NCBI RefSeq assembly: GCF_006345805.1 | Contig: NW_021832227.1 | Coordinates: 186,001-250,000 of the forward strand | DNA: 64,000 nucleotides | From: Octopus sinensis | Lineage: Eukaryota | Reading direction: 5' to 3' | In this document: piece by piece, positions 24,960-37,290 of the stretch | Numbering within the stretch: the first letter of the stretch is position 1 | How the letters are laid out: each line of letters starts with the position of its first letter | Notes under the pieces: generated by a model | What the model was told of the DNA's origin: nothing | Database searches by the model: none | Seen by the model: only the letters and a program-made list of their open reading frames with translations | Program-made: the position numbers and the translations under genes

Positions 24960-25636
24960 CTACATTTTTAAAACAAAATTAAACCATTTTGGTATGAGTT
25001 TAGGCCAGTCGTTTCCAACTGAGTAATCCTGACAGGAACTCGCGAGATATGAATCGTTAATAAAGTCGTCTGTGAATCCTCCACTCTAAAAATCACACAC
25101 AAATCAATAACCGGCTTATCTCTCAAATAAATGCATTTTCTATAAATACACGATTGCTTCAGCACTTTCCGTTTAAGACAGTTTTTGCAATTATTGCAGT
25201 TCTGCTTGACATTGCACGGCCCACACTGCCCACATCGCTTCCTTCTTTGGCTTCTAACTTTTGGAAATGGCTGTGTGCCAGGAAAGTGGCCAAAATCTGA
25301 CTGCATTGATGCAAGATAATTCTCAGAATGTACCACTTTTGAATTTGGAATGACCAATTTCTTTTCTGGAATGGCCTTGTTCTCATTTTGGCAGGGCTTT
25401 GGTGGCTCAAATGGGCCATATTTGTCAATCAATGTCCCAAGTCCATGAAAATTCCCACTTGAGGGGAGAATATCCAACAAATTGAGAGTTTTGCATTCAT
25501 GGTAAAGCTTTGGAGGCTCAATGTGTGTTCGGACAAAGTTAGAAATCGGCTCATCAGCCTTTGAGGACGAGAGAGAGTCTCTCAGTAATTCAATATAAGG
25601 GATTCTTATGCAAAGAGAAGGACGTGATTGAGTCAT
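24960..25636 (-). CDS. Stand-alone CXXC zinc-finger protein (CXXC4/5-IDAX or TET-type CXXC)
   Basis: RKRCGQCGPCNVKQNCNNCKNCLKRKVLKQSCIYRKC: eight cysteines, no KFGG motif; one 26-nt GT-AG intron after KP. Confidence 0.8.
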
Positions 25637-26281
25637 AAATACTTTTCATAAATTTGAAATGGGCAGAACTAGAAAACATTATTTGCCGCACAACAATTAG
25701 AATTACGCTACGCCGCTGTTGCGCAGGTATAGTCGATATGTAGCGATATTAATTGAACTTAATAGTTTGGAATATTTGTTTAAGCACAAAAAAAGAAAAT
25801 AAGCTACTTATGTTGGTTATTATACCGACATACGAATTAATTAAGGCGATAATATGACCCACTAACCAACCAAGTGTTACTAATATTCTTATATAATTAA
25901 ATATCTAAAAATTAATTTTATAATAAATTTAACCAATTTTTATTGTTAATTTATATTCTTATTCCAAGAATATGTTTTCCTATTCAATAATGAGATATTT
26001 TCTTACATCATTAAATCAATCAACGAGTATATTTCAATCTTTTTAATTGATTTTTATCGGAATTTTTGAAAAATGGTCAAAAACAAATTTATTTGATTAG
26101 TCATAAATGACTAAAAACTAATGTCAATTAGCTTTAATTGTCTATCAAATTTAATCATAAATTTTATTTGAGAATCTAATCAAGAATTTTATTTTTTGAT
26201 ATATACTTAAATATTTTTTTAATTATGAAAAAATTAATTTTTAATAAATTTGCGCAAATATTTTTCTATCTTTGTGGTGAC

Positions 26282-27110
26282 ATGAGTTATTCTGAATATG
26301 AAAAATGTGATGAAACTGTATTTACTAAGATCATCAATAAACCAAAAATGTCATTATTTAGCAATCGAATAAGAAAACCAAAAATAATATTTAAAAATGA
26401 ATTCGACCCAGGAATTTTACATTTGAAAAATACTCAAATCCTCTCAAAAGTAACAAATCTATTCTGAGATAATAAATAGACGAATCCCGACATCGATGAG
26501 AAAATTCTAGTCTTAGTATGCCTAAAATATCAATTGACTATTTTTAGAATTCAAAATATTCAGAGAACCTTGAAAAAAGAGACCAACTTTTATTCAACCT
26601 AAAAAACAAATCTGAAAAATATGAAAAAATAAAATTAACATCACTAGAAACTGAAAATAAGAACAAAATCATAAAAAATGAAATTTTTGATTTCAAAAAA
26701 ACCATATCTGACATTTGTCCTCATTTGAAACGTAAAATTTTAATGTTTGCTTTCATATTTGTGATTTACGGCTTAGTTCTTTGACATTCCTCGAGTTTAT
26801 GAAATATTTTTTGTATTTTACGCCTTCCGCGGATTCGCCGTTTTTAGAATTCTTGGTGCCAGTCTACAACAACGTGAAAGTAAAGATGTACAATATCGAG
26901 AATGTAATTAGGCTGGAAATGTCGATGGTTAATATAAAATGTTATTTTTAGTCTGTGATGAGTAATGCGTGCTGGGAAATGAAATTTGATGTGTCTGATG
27001 TTTGTCGAGTTGCTCAGGCTGTTTTACTTTTGGCTAAGAAAATGCCGGATCGTAAATTTGACACTTTTATAAATAATCGGACTATTATTGACAAATCTAG
27101 ATTACTTTAA
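26282..27110 (+). CDS. Putative spliced orphan gene
   Basis: Open frames separated by short GT-AG intron-like segments (e.g. near 26730-26780 and 26922-26952); exon structure unresolved, no family recognised. Confidence 0.35.
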
Positions 27111-27554
27111 TTTATTTTGCTTGATTTTTTTATATTAGTTATTTGTATAAAGTTGTGTTTTGAGAAGTAGAGTTTAGGCTTGGATATTATCTGAACATTT
27201 CAAGGATTTAAAAATTTTTTAAACATACAATTCCTGGGTCGAATTCATTTTTTTTGATTTTTAAGATTATTTATATGTATAAAGATGGGTTTTGAGACAG
27301 GTGTTTAGGCTTGGATCATTTTCTGAGAAATTATTGAAGATCCTTACTCAGTAAAATGTTGTTGCATTAAAAGAGTTACTATAAGACTTTTTTCTACTGG
27401 CAGAAAATACTTTATATGCCTGAAGATCGGCAATTAAAGACAGATTGATTCTCCTTTTGGTTGGGATAATCTGGGCATAGTCTTAATGGAGGTTTAGACC
27501 TTTTGAGTGACATTGGCAGTGATCATTTTCCTGCAGGCAGCAATTGTGGTGATT

Positions 27555-27621
27555 GCGGGCCATTTGAGATCGTCCGCGGGCCAGCTCTGGCCTGCGGGCC
27601 GTATCTTTGACACCCCCGCTG
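27555..27621 (-). mobile_element. hAT-type transposon terminus
   Basis: Reverse strand reads CAGCGGGGGTGTCAAAGATACGGCCCGC...GGCCCGC...GGCCCGC, typical of hAT/Charlie-like ends with repeated GGCCCGC subterminal motifs. Confidence 0.7.
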
Positions 27622-27799
27622 TAGACTATAACTAAAAATATGAACTTGAATTACGACACAATAATGAGTTAGATGAGCTACTTTCTAGATTGTGTCTCGG
27701 ACGTCTACCAGAATTGTAAACACGAACATCAAATTTTCTTTTTTACTAAGCGTAAAATTTCCTATTAATTTCAAAGGCATTGGTAGAAAATTATCATTA

Positions 27800-28423
27800 T
27801 GTCGCGAGCGCTGCGAGCGATCGAGCGCTGAGAGCGATCGAGCGCTGAGAGCGACTTTGACGCCTAACAAGCCTGTCATCAACAAATATATTTATTAAAT
27901 TATTTAAAATTTTAACATGATTTAAAATTAAAATTGAAATAACTTAAGTTTTCCATTGAATCCCATAAAATAATTTATAAGTAGACCTTAATATAAAAAG
28001 TAAAATCAATGAATACTGAACGCTAATTTGGTTTAGGTTGTGAGGGGGGTAATAATTTGACAGATCTCATTGCTATTTCTCGTTTCAATCTCTAAAATTA
28101 GGTCTTCTGATTACAAATGAACTGTGCAGACAGGCTTGCTCCTTCAGAAGATTCTTGTTTTGACATTTTAATAAATTATGAAGCATTTAGGTTTTTTCTC
28201 ATTATTCTAAAATATCAATTATAAATTTTAAAATATTATTTTTATTTATGAAATCGGTTTTAAAGCACATTCTGCTTTGGCATCGATTTTAATTTTTGTA
28301 ATCGAATATATTTAAACCCAAATACCAGCACGGGTATTTGTCAATTTATGAATTTGTTGATTGATCGCATCTAGAAATTGAGTGGTCGCTCGCTGCGCTC
28401 GGTCGCTCGCAGCGCTCGCGACA
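27800..28423. mobile_element. 624-bp MITE with about 40-bp TIRs, TGT...ACA ends and CATTA target-site duplication
   Basis: 27800-27839 vs reverse complement of 28384-28423 match at 36/40; CATTA at 27795-27799 and 28424-28428. Confidence 0.85.
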
Positions 28424-29388
28424 CATTATTTTAGAGGAATTTATTTTGAAATTACAATATATATACCAAAACATGAAATTTTTTGATTGATATGTCTCAT
28501 TTGGTTTTATTCCTATTTTCAATTGGAGCTTCCATCTGAATTTCATTCAATGTTGAGTAGTCTTCCAAGAGTTGAACAATTTTTTAAATTGATTATGGTG
28601 TAAAAGACACGATTATTGAGAACAAAAAAATCTAGATAAGAATTACTGAGATTAAAATTTTATTTTTGTAAAGCAACTTCTTTTGATAGATTTTGGCTTG
28701 ATTATCATTTTCCTTTATTCTGTAAAATTAAATGTAAAACATTATTTTCAATTCGCGTTCCATTAAAGCTACCAGTCTGAACAAAACAAATTTCATATTT
28801 CTTTACCTTATTAATTCTTTTTCATTGCAACATGCATAAATATAACTTGTTTGCAAGCAAATTAATAATTACTCACTAATCCATGTTAGGGTTTAGTGAC
28901 AGTCCGTAACTTTTTCAGATTTATGGTAATTTATGTTGCGTTAAAACACTTTTTAAACAGTAGCAGATTTTTCAAAAACATTTTAAAACCTGAAGAGCTA
29001 AAAAAGTGAAGTACAGGAAATCTGGGGTCGTTTTAGTGTAATATTTGCTTCAGGATAGAAGTATAATGATCCTTCAGAAGTCGCAAATTATCAAGAAAAT
29101 TGGACTCCTCGTCTTTAAGAAGAGAAACTATTACAGAGAAACCTCCGTTTTTTAACAAATTTTCTAAAAAAGTTTCTGAAAGAACAACGGTTCATTCCTT
29201 GGTGCATCTTTTTGCCAGAATTTATAAGTTCCTAATCCTAACATCCTCAGAGTAACGTTTATCAATATTTGGACACGACATTAAATAAAGATCAAAAATA
29301 TATTAAAAAGATAATGAATCGTGTAATTCACATAAGATAAACATTTCCGACTTGATTCAAATTAACAGTATGCACAAAATATCAAATT

Positions 29389-32300
29389 TCATTTGATCAT
29401 ATCGAAATAAATCCGTGTTTGATCAAGGAAACACACACATAGCCGACTATCTAGTTTCCATTCAATTGATAAGACCACTTTCTCTGGCAGTTGATGCACC
29501 ATAACAATATGGAAAACACGATTTGTAAACATCATATAAGAGTTTTCTGTTTTCCACAACACAATTTTATTAGTTTCGCCAGAGAATGAGACAAAGCTTA
29601 GACCATCAAGTGAAAAATGAATAATATCAACAGTCCCATCATGACCAGTGACAGAAGTGAGCCGATCCCTCGCCATATCAAGAAACGTTACTTTCCCATT
29701 TGATAACCCCACTGCAAGAATTTTTAATTTTTCGTTCCATGCGAGACGAGTGAAATCCTTCAAGCAAGGGAATGACTCATAAAAAGGGACCTTTCTGTAT
29801 ATATTGTAGATAAATGCCAAAATATTAATAAAATCAATAATCATTTCATTTTGTTTCCAAATTGAATTAAGGGAAATTATATTTATTATTAATTTTATTC
29901 CAGAAGCGCAAAAAATCATTTCGTTTTCATTTTTTTTAATTTCTCGAATTACGGCAGTAATAAAAACGAGAGGCCTTATATAAACAATGTTTTTGAGGGA
30001 AATTATGGCAAATTCTTTTTTAAAACGACGAGATTTCTGGTCGAAAAATTGATTAGAGACAATTTTCTGTTTAAGATGAGCAATTTTTAGCATTTTGATG
30101 ATAAGGCGTGTTACAGGAATATAATGCTCGATTGAAATAAAACATTTTCCAACAATGCTAAGAGCAAACTGAATATTAACTGATTCTTCCTTAGAAGAAA
30201 TGATACCCCAAAATAATCTGCTAAATTTTATAATAATTTCACGAAATTCATCTCCAGATGACAAACTATCAACATATCCAGTCGGCATGTGGGCAATAAC
30301 AAATCCAAAAAGAAGCCCGTTTTCTTCAGAAGGGTTTTTTGAGTATTCGACAGCATAATGTTCAATTGCATTTTTAGAATCAGCATCAATGATCATTTGT
30401 GTCAACTTAGTTGAAACTGTCCGAATGATGACTGAAGGATGCTGAGATAAATATGATAAGAAAACTAAACATTCCAGTCCACGAGGAATTGATGATCCAA
30501 TGATATAATTTACTGAATTTGAAACGTCTTCTTTATGATACAACACAATTATCATCGATGTACGAATTATTATCATAGTACATTGTTGGCTGGAATCAAG
30601 CTGTGAAAAATCTGAAGAAATCAATATTTGAAGGCACTTAAATCCACTAAACAGGCACAAAGAACATGAATTATTCTCTTCGTTTATAATTTTCAAATAG
30701 ATTTTTGCAACATTTTCAATTCTGGATTGGGAATCAGCTTGTTTAGATAACAAAAAAATAAGCAACTCGACTTGGAATATAATGACAATCCAGTCCACAG
30801 TCCCCATAGGACTATATACTGTTCTCACAACAACATAAGAACTTAACGATTTCGGATTATGCTCGAATAAAGCAAATAAATCCTGCTCATGATGTGCAGA
30901 ATACCACAAATAACTTATGTGATCACTCAGAAACGGCACAAGAGGTGACTTAAGGTCCTCTAACTTGTGGGAATTAGAAATGACTTTATCCAGATATCCT
31001 CCACTGATATTCCAAGCATAAACAATATTTTGTGAGCAAAAAACATATAGATATTCAATATCAGGCCGACAATGAACAGATAAAACTGTTCTTTCATGAT
31101 GGGCAGAAAAAATACACTCAGACCGGTCAAGCAAGGCAACAGAATTATCTTCTCCAATAGCACACACTTTGTTATGCAATAGGCAGAGAGAATCGGTCAC
31201 TTCAAGACAACTCAAAGACATAATTCCACCTCCATTGCAGTATAATCTGCAAATAAATGTTCCATCAATTAAATCGTGGATAGAAATTGACATGTCTTGC
31301 CCTCCGCTGAAGAGGAGTACAGATTTTTGGTCTTTTCCGTGATTTCCAGACGACAAAAGACAAGTAACATCACCGATATGAGCCTTTGGAAAATATAATT
31401 TATATTTAATGCTATCTGGAAGTTCCAAAAATGTAGAAAAGCCATAGAAGCAGGCTATCGAGCCATCTCGGCATCCACAAACGATATAATCGAGTCCAAA
31501 ATCGTAGATGAGACAAGTAATAAAAGTATTTTTGATATCAAACTGTGAAGGAATCGACTTGTATTCAACTTTAACAGTTTCAGTAATCTCAAATTCGCAG
31601 AAATCACCCAAATATAATTCAGAATCATTTAAATAGCACAAATTAAAACTGGAATGGATATATTTCCCTGAAAACTGTATCGACTTTTTGTGTAAATATT
31701 GTTCGTTTTCAACGTCCAAGAAAAATTGTAAAACAACCCCGTCATCGTAGAAAATGAACAAATCTAAATTATTGTTTATTTTTGTATTAATCAATTGAAA
31801 ATCCTCTAATCTGGTATCGAATTGAAAAACTAATTTTCCACAAAAATAATCTCTGACTTGAACAAAATGGCAAAAGCAAATTAAAATATAAATCTTTGAT
31901 CCTTGATAAAGGAAATTTATCATAAAATTTTCATTCAAGTTTTCTAAAACAAAAGAACATTCCAAAGGCTTTTTACTCAAGTCATAGATAGTCCACCACC
32001 AAAGGGAACTCGATGTGACTGTTGCTATTATTACAGAAGATTTGTGAATAAAATAACTCGAAGTTTTGAGTGCTGTAATCGAATCTTCCACAGGAAGAAT
32101 GTGCAAGGGTGTAAGAGTAGAATAATTCATTATTAAGACGAAAGAATACAAACCATGGCAAATCACGAGACTTTCGTCGTTTTCCAAAGAAAGTTGTTTC
32201 TTATTTACGAATGAAAATGCCGTATGTTTTATATTTTGAAATGACCTGCAGAGACACGTTACTGATTGTACTTTTAAGGACCATGCTATAAGTTCGGAAT

Positions 32301-32589
32301 CATTTGAAAAAGATAGAAAGCAATCATCAGATAAGCCATTCCAGCCCGTCCCTATTTCGATGATACAGGACGTGTGTCCATAAAACACAGAACTGAGAGT
32401 AAACAAACTTTGACGAGAATAAATAAGTATCAAGCCAGAAGTAGAACATAAGACCAAATATCCTGATTTCGACAAACAGCCACATACAATTTTGATATAT
32501 TTTGTGTCAAAACCATTGATTGGAATTGCAAGTGACTGATTTAATAATTTTCCATTATCGTGCTTTAATTCCGTCATTCCTAAATACAC
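29389..32589 (-). CDS. WDR7: WD40-repeat protein, rabconnectin-3 beta/WDR7-like (intronless)
   Basis: 1066-aa ORF; N-terminal NQSLAIPING, GCRDGSI, AHIGDVTCLL..LLFSGGQD, LYCNGGGI, CHCRPD..YLYV and C-terminal GHDG.V...FSLDG repeats. Confidence 0.75.
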   Translation of the reverse strand: MYLGMTELKHDNGKLLNQSLAIPINGFDTKYIKIVCGCLSKSGYLVLCSTSGLILIYSRQSLFTLSSVFYGHTSCIIEIGTGWNGLSDDCFLSFSNDSELIAWSLKVQSVTCLCRSFQNIKHTAFSFVNKKQLSLENDESLVICHGLYSFVLIMNYSTLTPLHILPVEDSITALKTSSYFIHKSSVIIATVTSSSLWWWTIYDLSKKPLECSFVLENLNENFMINFLYQGSKIYILICFCHFVQVRDYFCGKLVFQFDTRLEDFQLINTKINNNLDLFIFYDDGVVLQFFLDVENEQYLHKKSIQFSGKYIHSSFNLCYLNDSELYLGDFCEFEITETVKVEYKSIPSQFDIKNTFITCLIYDFGLDYIVCGCRDGSIACFYGFSTFLELPDSIKYKLYFPKAHIGDVTCLLSSGNHGKDQKSVLLFSGGQDMSISIHDLIDGTFICRLYCNGGGIMSLSCLEVTDSLCLLHNKVCAIGEDNSVALLDRSECIFSAHHERTVLSVHCRPDIEYLYVFCSQNIVYAWNISGGYLDKVISNSHKLEDLKSPLVPFLSDHISYLWYSAHHEQDLFALFEHNPKSLSSYVVVRTVYSPMGTVDWIVIIFQVELLIFLLSKQADSQSRIENVAKIYLKIINEENNSCSLCLFSGFKCLQILISSDFSQLDSSQQCTMIIIRTSMIIVLYHKEDVSNSVNYIIGSSIPRGLECLVFLSYLSQHPSVIIRTVSTKLTQMIIDADSKNAIEHYAVEYSKNPSEENGLLFGFVIAHMPTGYVDSLSSGDEFREIIIKFSRLFWGIISSKEESVNIQFALSIVGKCFISIEHYIPVTRLIIKMLKIAHLKQKIVSNQFFDQKSRRFKKEFAIISLKNIVYIRPLVFITAVIREIKKNENEMIFCASGIKLIINIISLNSIWKQNEMIIDFINILAFIYNIYRKVPFYESFPCLKDFTRLAWNEKLKILAVGLSNGKVTFLDMARDRLTSVTGHDGTVDIIHFSLDGLSFVSFSGETNKIVLWKTENSYMMFTNRVFHIVMVHQLPEKVVLSIEWKLDSRLCVCFLDQTRIYFDMIK

Positions 32590-32889
32590 ATAATTGAAAA
32601 ATTAATAAATATGAGAATTAATCATTATCACAAATCATTAATTGATAGCATTCATTAGGTAAATAAAATTTCTTAAATTGTTTTTATAGAATTTTTAAGG
32701 TCTGATAATAAAAATATTATTTTTAGAATTATCTGTTAAGATTATGTTAATAAACCATAGTTGTAAAGAAATACTTTTTAGAAGAATTAATAACAATAAC
32801 ACATCGATATAGGTGAAAATCTATTACCTTTTTAAATAAATAAAATTAAAAAAAACATTAAATAATTGTTAATTATTTTTTATAAACTT

Positions 32890-33720
32890 GAAAGGGCATT
32901 AAGAGATCTGAGAAAACTAGTGAAAACTGAGTCAATAACTGAAATTATATATGGCGACAAACTAGACTTTTTCTCTTGATAAGTCGACACCTGTTCATTC
33001 TCAATTTTATTAAAAAACATGCAAAACTGCTGAACATGGATTGGAAAAATGGTTTTTGAAAGTGAATATGGAAAAAACAGTATTTAACAATCAACCAGAA
33101 GGCAAACAGGACAAACAAAGAATTGCAAAGCTAAAAAAAGTTGGAACACATTTAGGAGATAGCAAGGACAATGTGAGGAAAAAAATGCTGTCGACTGACG
33201 CACTTGACGATTTACGGATCACATGGCTATAAAGCCGCAAGGATGGAACAGCCTTACGTGCCAAGTTATACAATGCTTTTGTTAAGCCTATGCTTTTGTA
33301 CAACGAATTTTCATATAAAAGATGTTTCTTCAAGTTTGGTTTTATTGATTTGGAATTTATAAGCCAACAGGTGCGACGGAAAAAATCCAAATGACAATGT
33401 TTCAATTTCGTAGAGGGAATAATCTCGTATAGGATGTTACATTCGTGCCACATGTATCCGAGACGAGCGATGTCATTAGTATTATCAGTAAAAACATTTA
33501 TTTTTACTGACAGAAAACCATAAACTGATTAAGCTATCCATGTGCCAAAATTGGCATCCTTTGACACATGCGTTTCCATTTGCCTCCTGTTGTTTTCTAA
33601 TGTTCGTAGTGCATCGAGATTATCTTCATTTTGCAATTTTTGTTTATTTTTGCTAAGTCTTCGTTTAATGCGGTAGGTAGAGTGGCTCTGGGACTTCCAC
33701 GGAATACTTCTTCAGATCAG
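32890..33720. mobile_element. Scrambled RTE-like LINE fragments
   Basis: Plus strand: YGDKLDF, LKVNMEKT, KLYNAFVKPMLLYN. Minus strand: KLKHCH...RR...LYE (33310-33450) and FRGSPRATLPTALNEDL...W (33540-33720). Confidence 0.7.
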
Positions 33721-34188
33721 ACAAAATAGCTTTCCATTGCGATATTTGGCGAAGTTAGACTGCTCAGTCTTAATATGTGGCTAACTACTAATATGTGGCC
33801 GGGTAGAAACATAAAATAATTTTTTATTTTTTGATTTCTATCTTAAATGTATATTATTATCAACTTGTTTATTTATTAAAAAACTTACAAAAATTGGGAG
33901 TTATTTTGGATAAAGAGTATAAATTCCTATAACTCCAATTCTAAAATTTATTATCCAATATTACAATTTGAATTCTATAAGATTTTTGCGGTTATTTTTG
34001 TTTATTTTTTCTTTATCTTTTAAAACGTTACTATAGTGCTTTATTCACTCTTATGTCTGAAATTGTACTATATTTATAGTTTTTACTTAAATTTAAAGGT
34101 TTATTCTTTAATTTTTTTTAATAAAAATAAATACTTTATACAACTCATTACCCAAAAGTTATTTATTTGTAATTATCCATTTAAATAA

Positions 34189-36204
34189 ATGAAACGTTAC
34201 TATATTGCGTCATTCACTCTCATATCTGGAATTGGATTATATGGTTTGGGATTAAAGAAAAAAAAGATCCTCGATTTATTACAAATCAACACTGAATCTA
34301 AGCAAATTGCTCGTTCCGACAACATTGAAAAATTAAAAAACGAAAATTTTGATGTGCTTATAATTGGTGGGGGTGTCACAGGCTGTGGATGTGCGCTTGA
34401 CGCTTCCAGCAGAGGTTCGGGCCATTTTTTTTAATTTTTGTAGGTCTTCGAACTGCTTTAGTTGAACGCTTTGATTTTTCCAGCGGAACGAGCAGTAAAA
34501 GCACAAAATTACTTCACGGCGGAGTTAGATATTTAGAACAAGCATTTAAAAACCTCGATTATGAGAAAGTAAAGTATATTTTTTTATTTCTAAGTATAAA
34601 ATGTGCAATGAAGCACTAAAAGAAAGAATCCATTTGTTCAATGTTGCACCTCATCTTGTTTCTCCTATGCCAATCATGCTTCCTGTCTATTCGTTAGTAA
34701 CACGTTTATTTTATTTCATAGTTGGTGGAAGCTCCCATATATGTTTTTTGGAATCAAATTATATGATTTTATGTCAGGAGACAAGATCATAAGTCCAAGC
34801 TATATGGTGGGGAAAACTCGTTGTTCAGATTTATGTCCTTCCATCAAAAAAGAGGGACTTAAGGGCGGCATAGTTTACTTTGACGGTTCCCACAACGATT
34901 CTCGAACTACTCTTTCTCTTGCCCTTACAGCATACACGAATTTTGGAGCCACAATCGCCAATTATATTTCTGTTGTAGAGATATTGGTGAATAGTGAGGG
35001 AATGGCTTGTGGAGTTCGTTGCAGAGACAACTTGACAGGCAAATATAAAAACATATTTAAACAGGAAATGAATTTTCCATTAAAGCCAAAGTCATTATTA
35101 ATGCATGTGGGCCATATTCTGATGGAATAAGGAACATGAGTAAGAATGCAGTCACTAAAGACTCGGAACCAATAAAGCCTCTGTGCTGTCCAAGTATGGG
35201 AGTTCATCTAACTTTGCCCAAAAAATATATGTTTATTCATTCCTAATATTTCAGATCAAATCAAATCGGAATTTTAAAATCAGACACGAGTGATGGTCGT
35301 TTGTTGTTCTGTCTTCCTTGGGAAGGATTTGTAATCGCAGGGACCACAGATTCTCCGAGAGAGTTGACCGATTCTCCCGGTGTCCCCGACAAAGATATTG
35401 ATTTTATTATTGATGAACTTCGTGAATTTTTTGATCCCAGTATTCCAAGTACTTTTCTGTTGTAAAAAAATTACAAGTTGAGCGTAAAAATGTCATTTCT
35501 GCTTGGTCTGGATTTAGACCACTAGTTTATGACAACACGACAACCAACACAGCCGCATTGGCTAGAAATCACGTGATTGAAGTTGACGAACGGAATTTGG
35601 TGACGATTGCAGGTTATTTATTAGTATAATTTTTTGTAGGCGGAAAGTTTACTACATTTAGACAAATGGCAGAAGAAACAATTGACCGAGTTGTTCAAGT
35701 CGGTGATTTTAAATCATCAAATCTCTGTAAAACTCGACAAATTCCTCTAATTGGAACAAATTTGAATATATCTGACATGATTGATACTAAGGTCAGAAAT
35801 CGAATGTTTATTTGTGGAATAAATACGTCATTAAATTTTATTCATGGCATTATTTTAATTATTTATAGAACGATATAGAAGATCGATTGGTAGCAGTATA
35901 TGGGGTCAATTTTAAAAAAGTTTTAGAACTTTCTAATGAGAAAAATTCTCAACTCCATCCTTCTTTACCTTATATTGAAGCTGAGGTGATTTACGCCTGT
36001 CGATACGAAATGGCAGAGAGAGCAGTAGACATTATAGCACGTCGGACTCGGGCAGCATTCTTGGATAGACAAGCTGCTTATGAGGCAGTGGATAAAGTTG
36101 TTAATTTGATGGCCACAGAACGTGGTTGGGACTCTGAAAGAATTAAGTTTGAGAAAGAAAATGCGAAAGAATGGCTTAAAGCTGAAATAGGATACATTGA
36201 ATAA
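34189..36204 (+). CDS. GPD2: Mitochondrial FAD-dependent glycerol-3-phosphate dehydrogenase
   Basis: [78 protein letters not shown]; no C-terminal EF-hand extension seen. Confidence 0.95.
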
Positions 36205-36449
36205 TTCAAAAAATAATATATTTAACTGTTTTAAATAACACTTTGTAACATGGTTTCTTAACACATTTTTAATAGAGCGAGAGAAGACTTAAAAAAACAG
36301 AGTTAGTATTTATAACTTAGGTCCATAATACATAGTTTATGTCCTATAGCAAATTGGGAAATTAAAACAAAGTATATAAATTATGTCAAAAAATGATAAT
36401 AAAATAAACATTACCTTAGATTTTTAGAGCCATAGATTTTTAGAGTTAT

Positions 36450-37290
36450 TTAATGTATTCTAAAAATAATAAAGACTTGACCCATTTGTTATTGAAAAGC
36501 CAAAAATCCACGCTGTTTTAAAAGAAGTTTTACTCGATAATGCTACTGTACATGCACATGATTTAGATTTCAGTAACATCGAACTTTTTTCACTCCAAAT
36601 ACAACATTGAAGTTACAACCTCTTTATTAAGGAATAATAAAATCATTCAAGGACAGGTATAGACAACTCCTATGTGCACACTTGATTGAATTTTATACTA
36701 ATGATGGTAATGTAGATCACGAAAAAATTACTGAAAAGTTGAAGAAATTCACTTTATTGAATGTCTTGATATTCATAAATCAAGCTTGGTTAGAAGTATC
36801 GGAATGGACAATTACAAATTGTTTCAAGAAAGCATTTGAAAATGCGTTAATACAGAACCTGACAGAAATAGAAGAAATAGATGGTGAAAATTGTTTGATT
36901 CATGAAAATGATCAAATTGACGACGAAAACTTTATACCGAACTTCGCGAGAAAACTAAAACAGCAAGATTAAGTTGAAGAGGAAGATGAAAAATGTATGT
37001 TCCGACACTATATGAGGCTAGTGAATATGCAAAGGCGCTTGAATTATGGTTTCTTGAAAATAATTATAAACAAAGAGGAAAAGTATACGAAATACAAAAA
37101 ATTTTAAGAAATTATCAAACTAATCATTCTCAAAAAATCACCGATTACATAATAAAAATCTTTAGTAATTGTACTTTAATATTATTTATTGTTATTTTGA
37201 TTCCTTGATGTATTTTTTTATTCACTTTAGACAATAGTGAACATGATGTTTTGAAGTGCACATTTTGTTCACTATAGAGAGGGTTGACTG
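36450..37290 (+). mobile_element. pogo/Tigger transposase 3' half with 3' TIR
   Basis: LQP...GIIKSFKDRYR, INQAWLEVSEWTITNCFKKA and QKITDY motifs; the reverse-strand end reads TA-CAGTCAACCCTCTCTATAGTGAAC. Confidence 0.85.

Larger units (their letters stand above)
16819..25565 (+). repeat. Segmental duplication, copy 2
   Basis: Direct repeat of 1-8763. Confidence 0.97.

Noticed and set aside
30960-31163. Alternative-frame ORF inside WDR7 and the many short ORFs overlapping the dynein, GPD2 and aminopeptidase
   Set aside because: Off-frame or antisense by-products of real coding exons.
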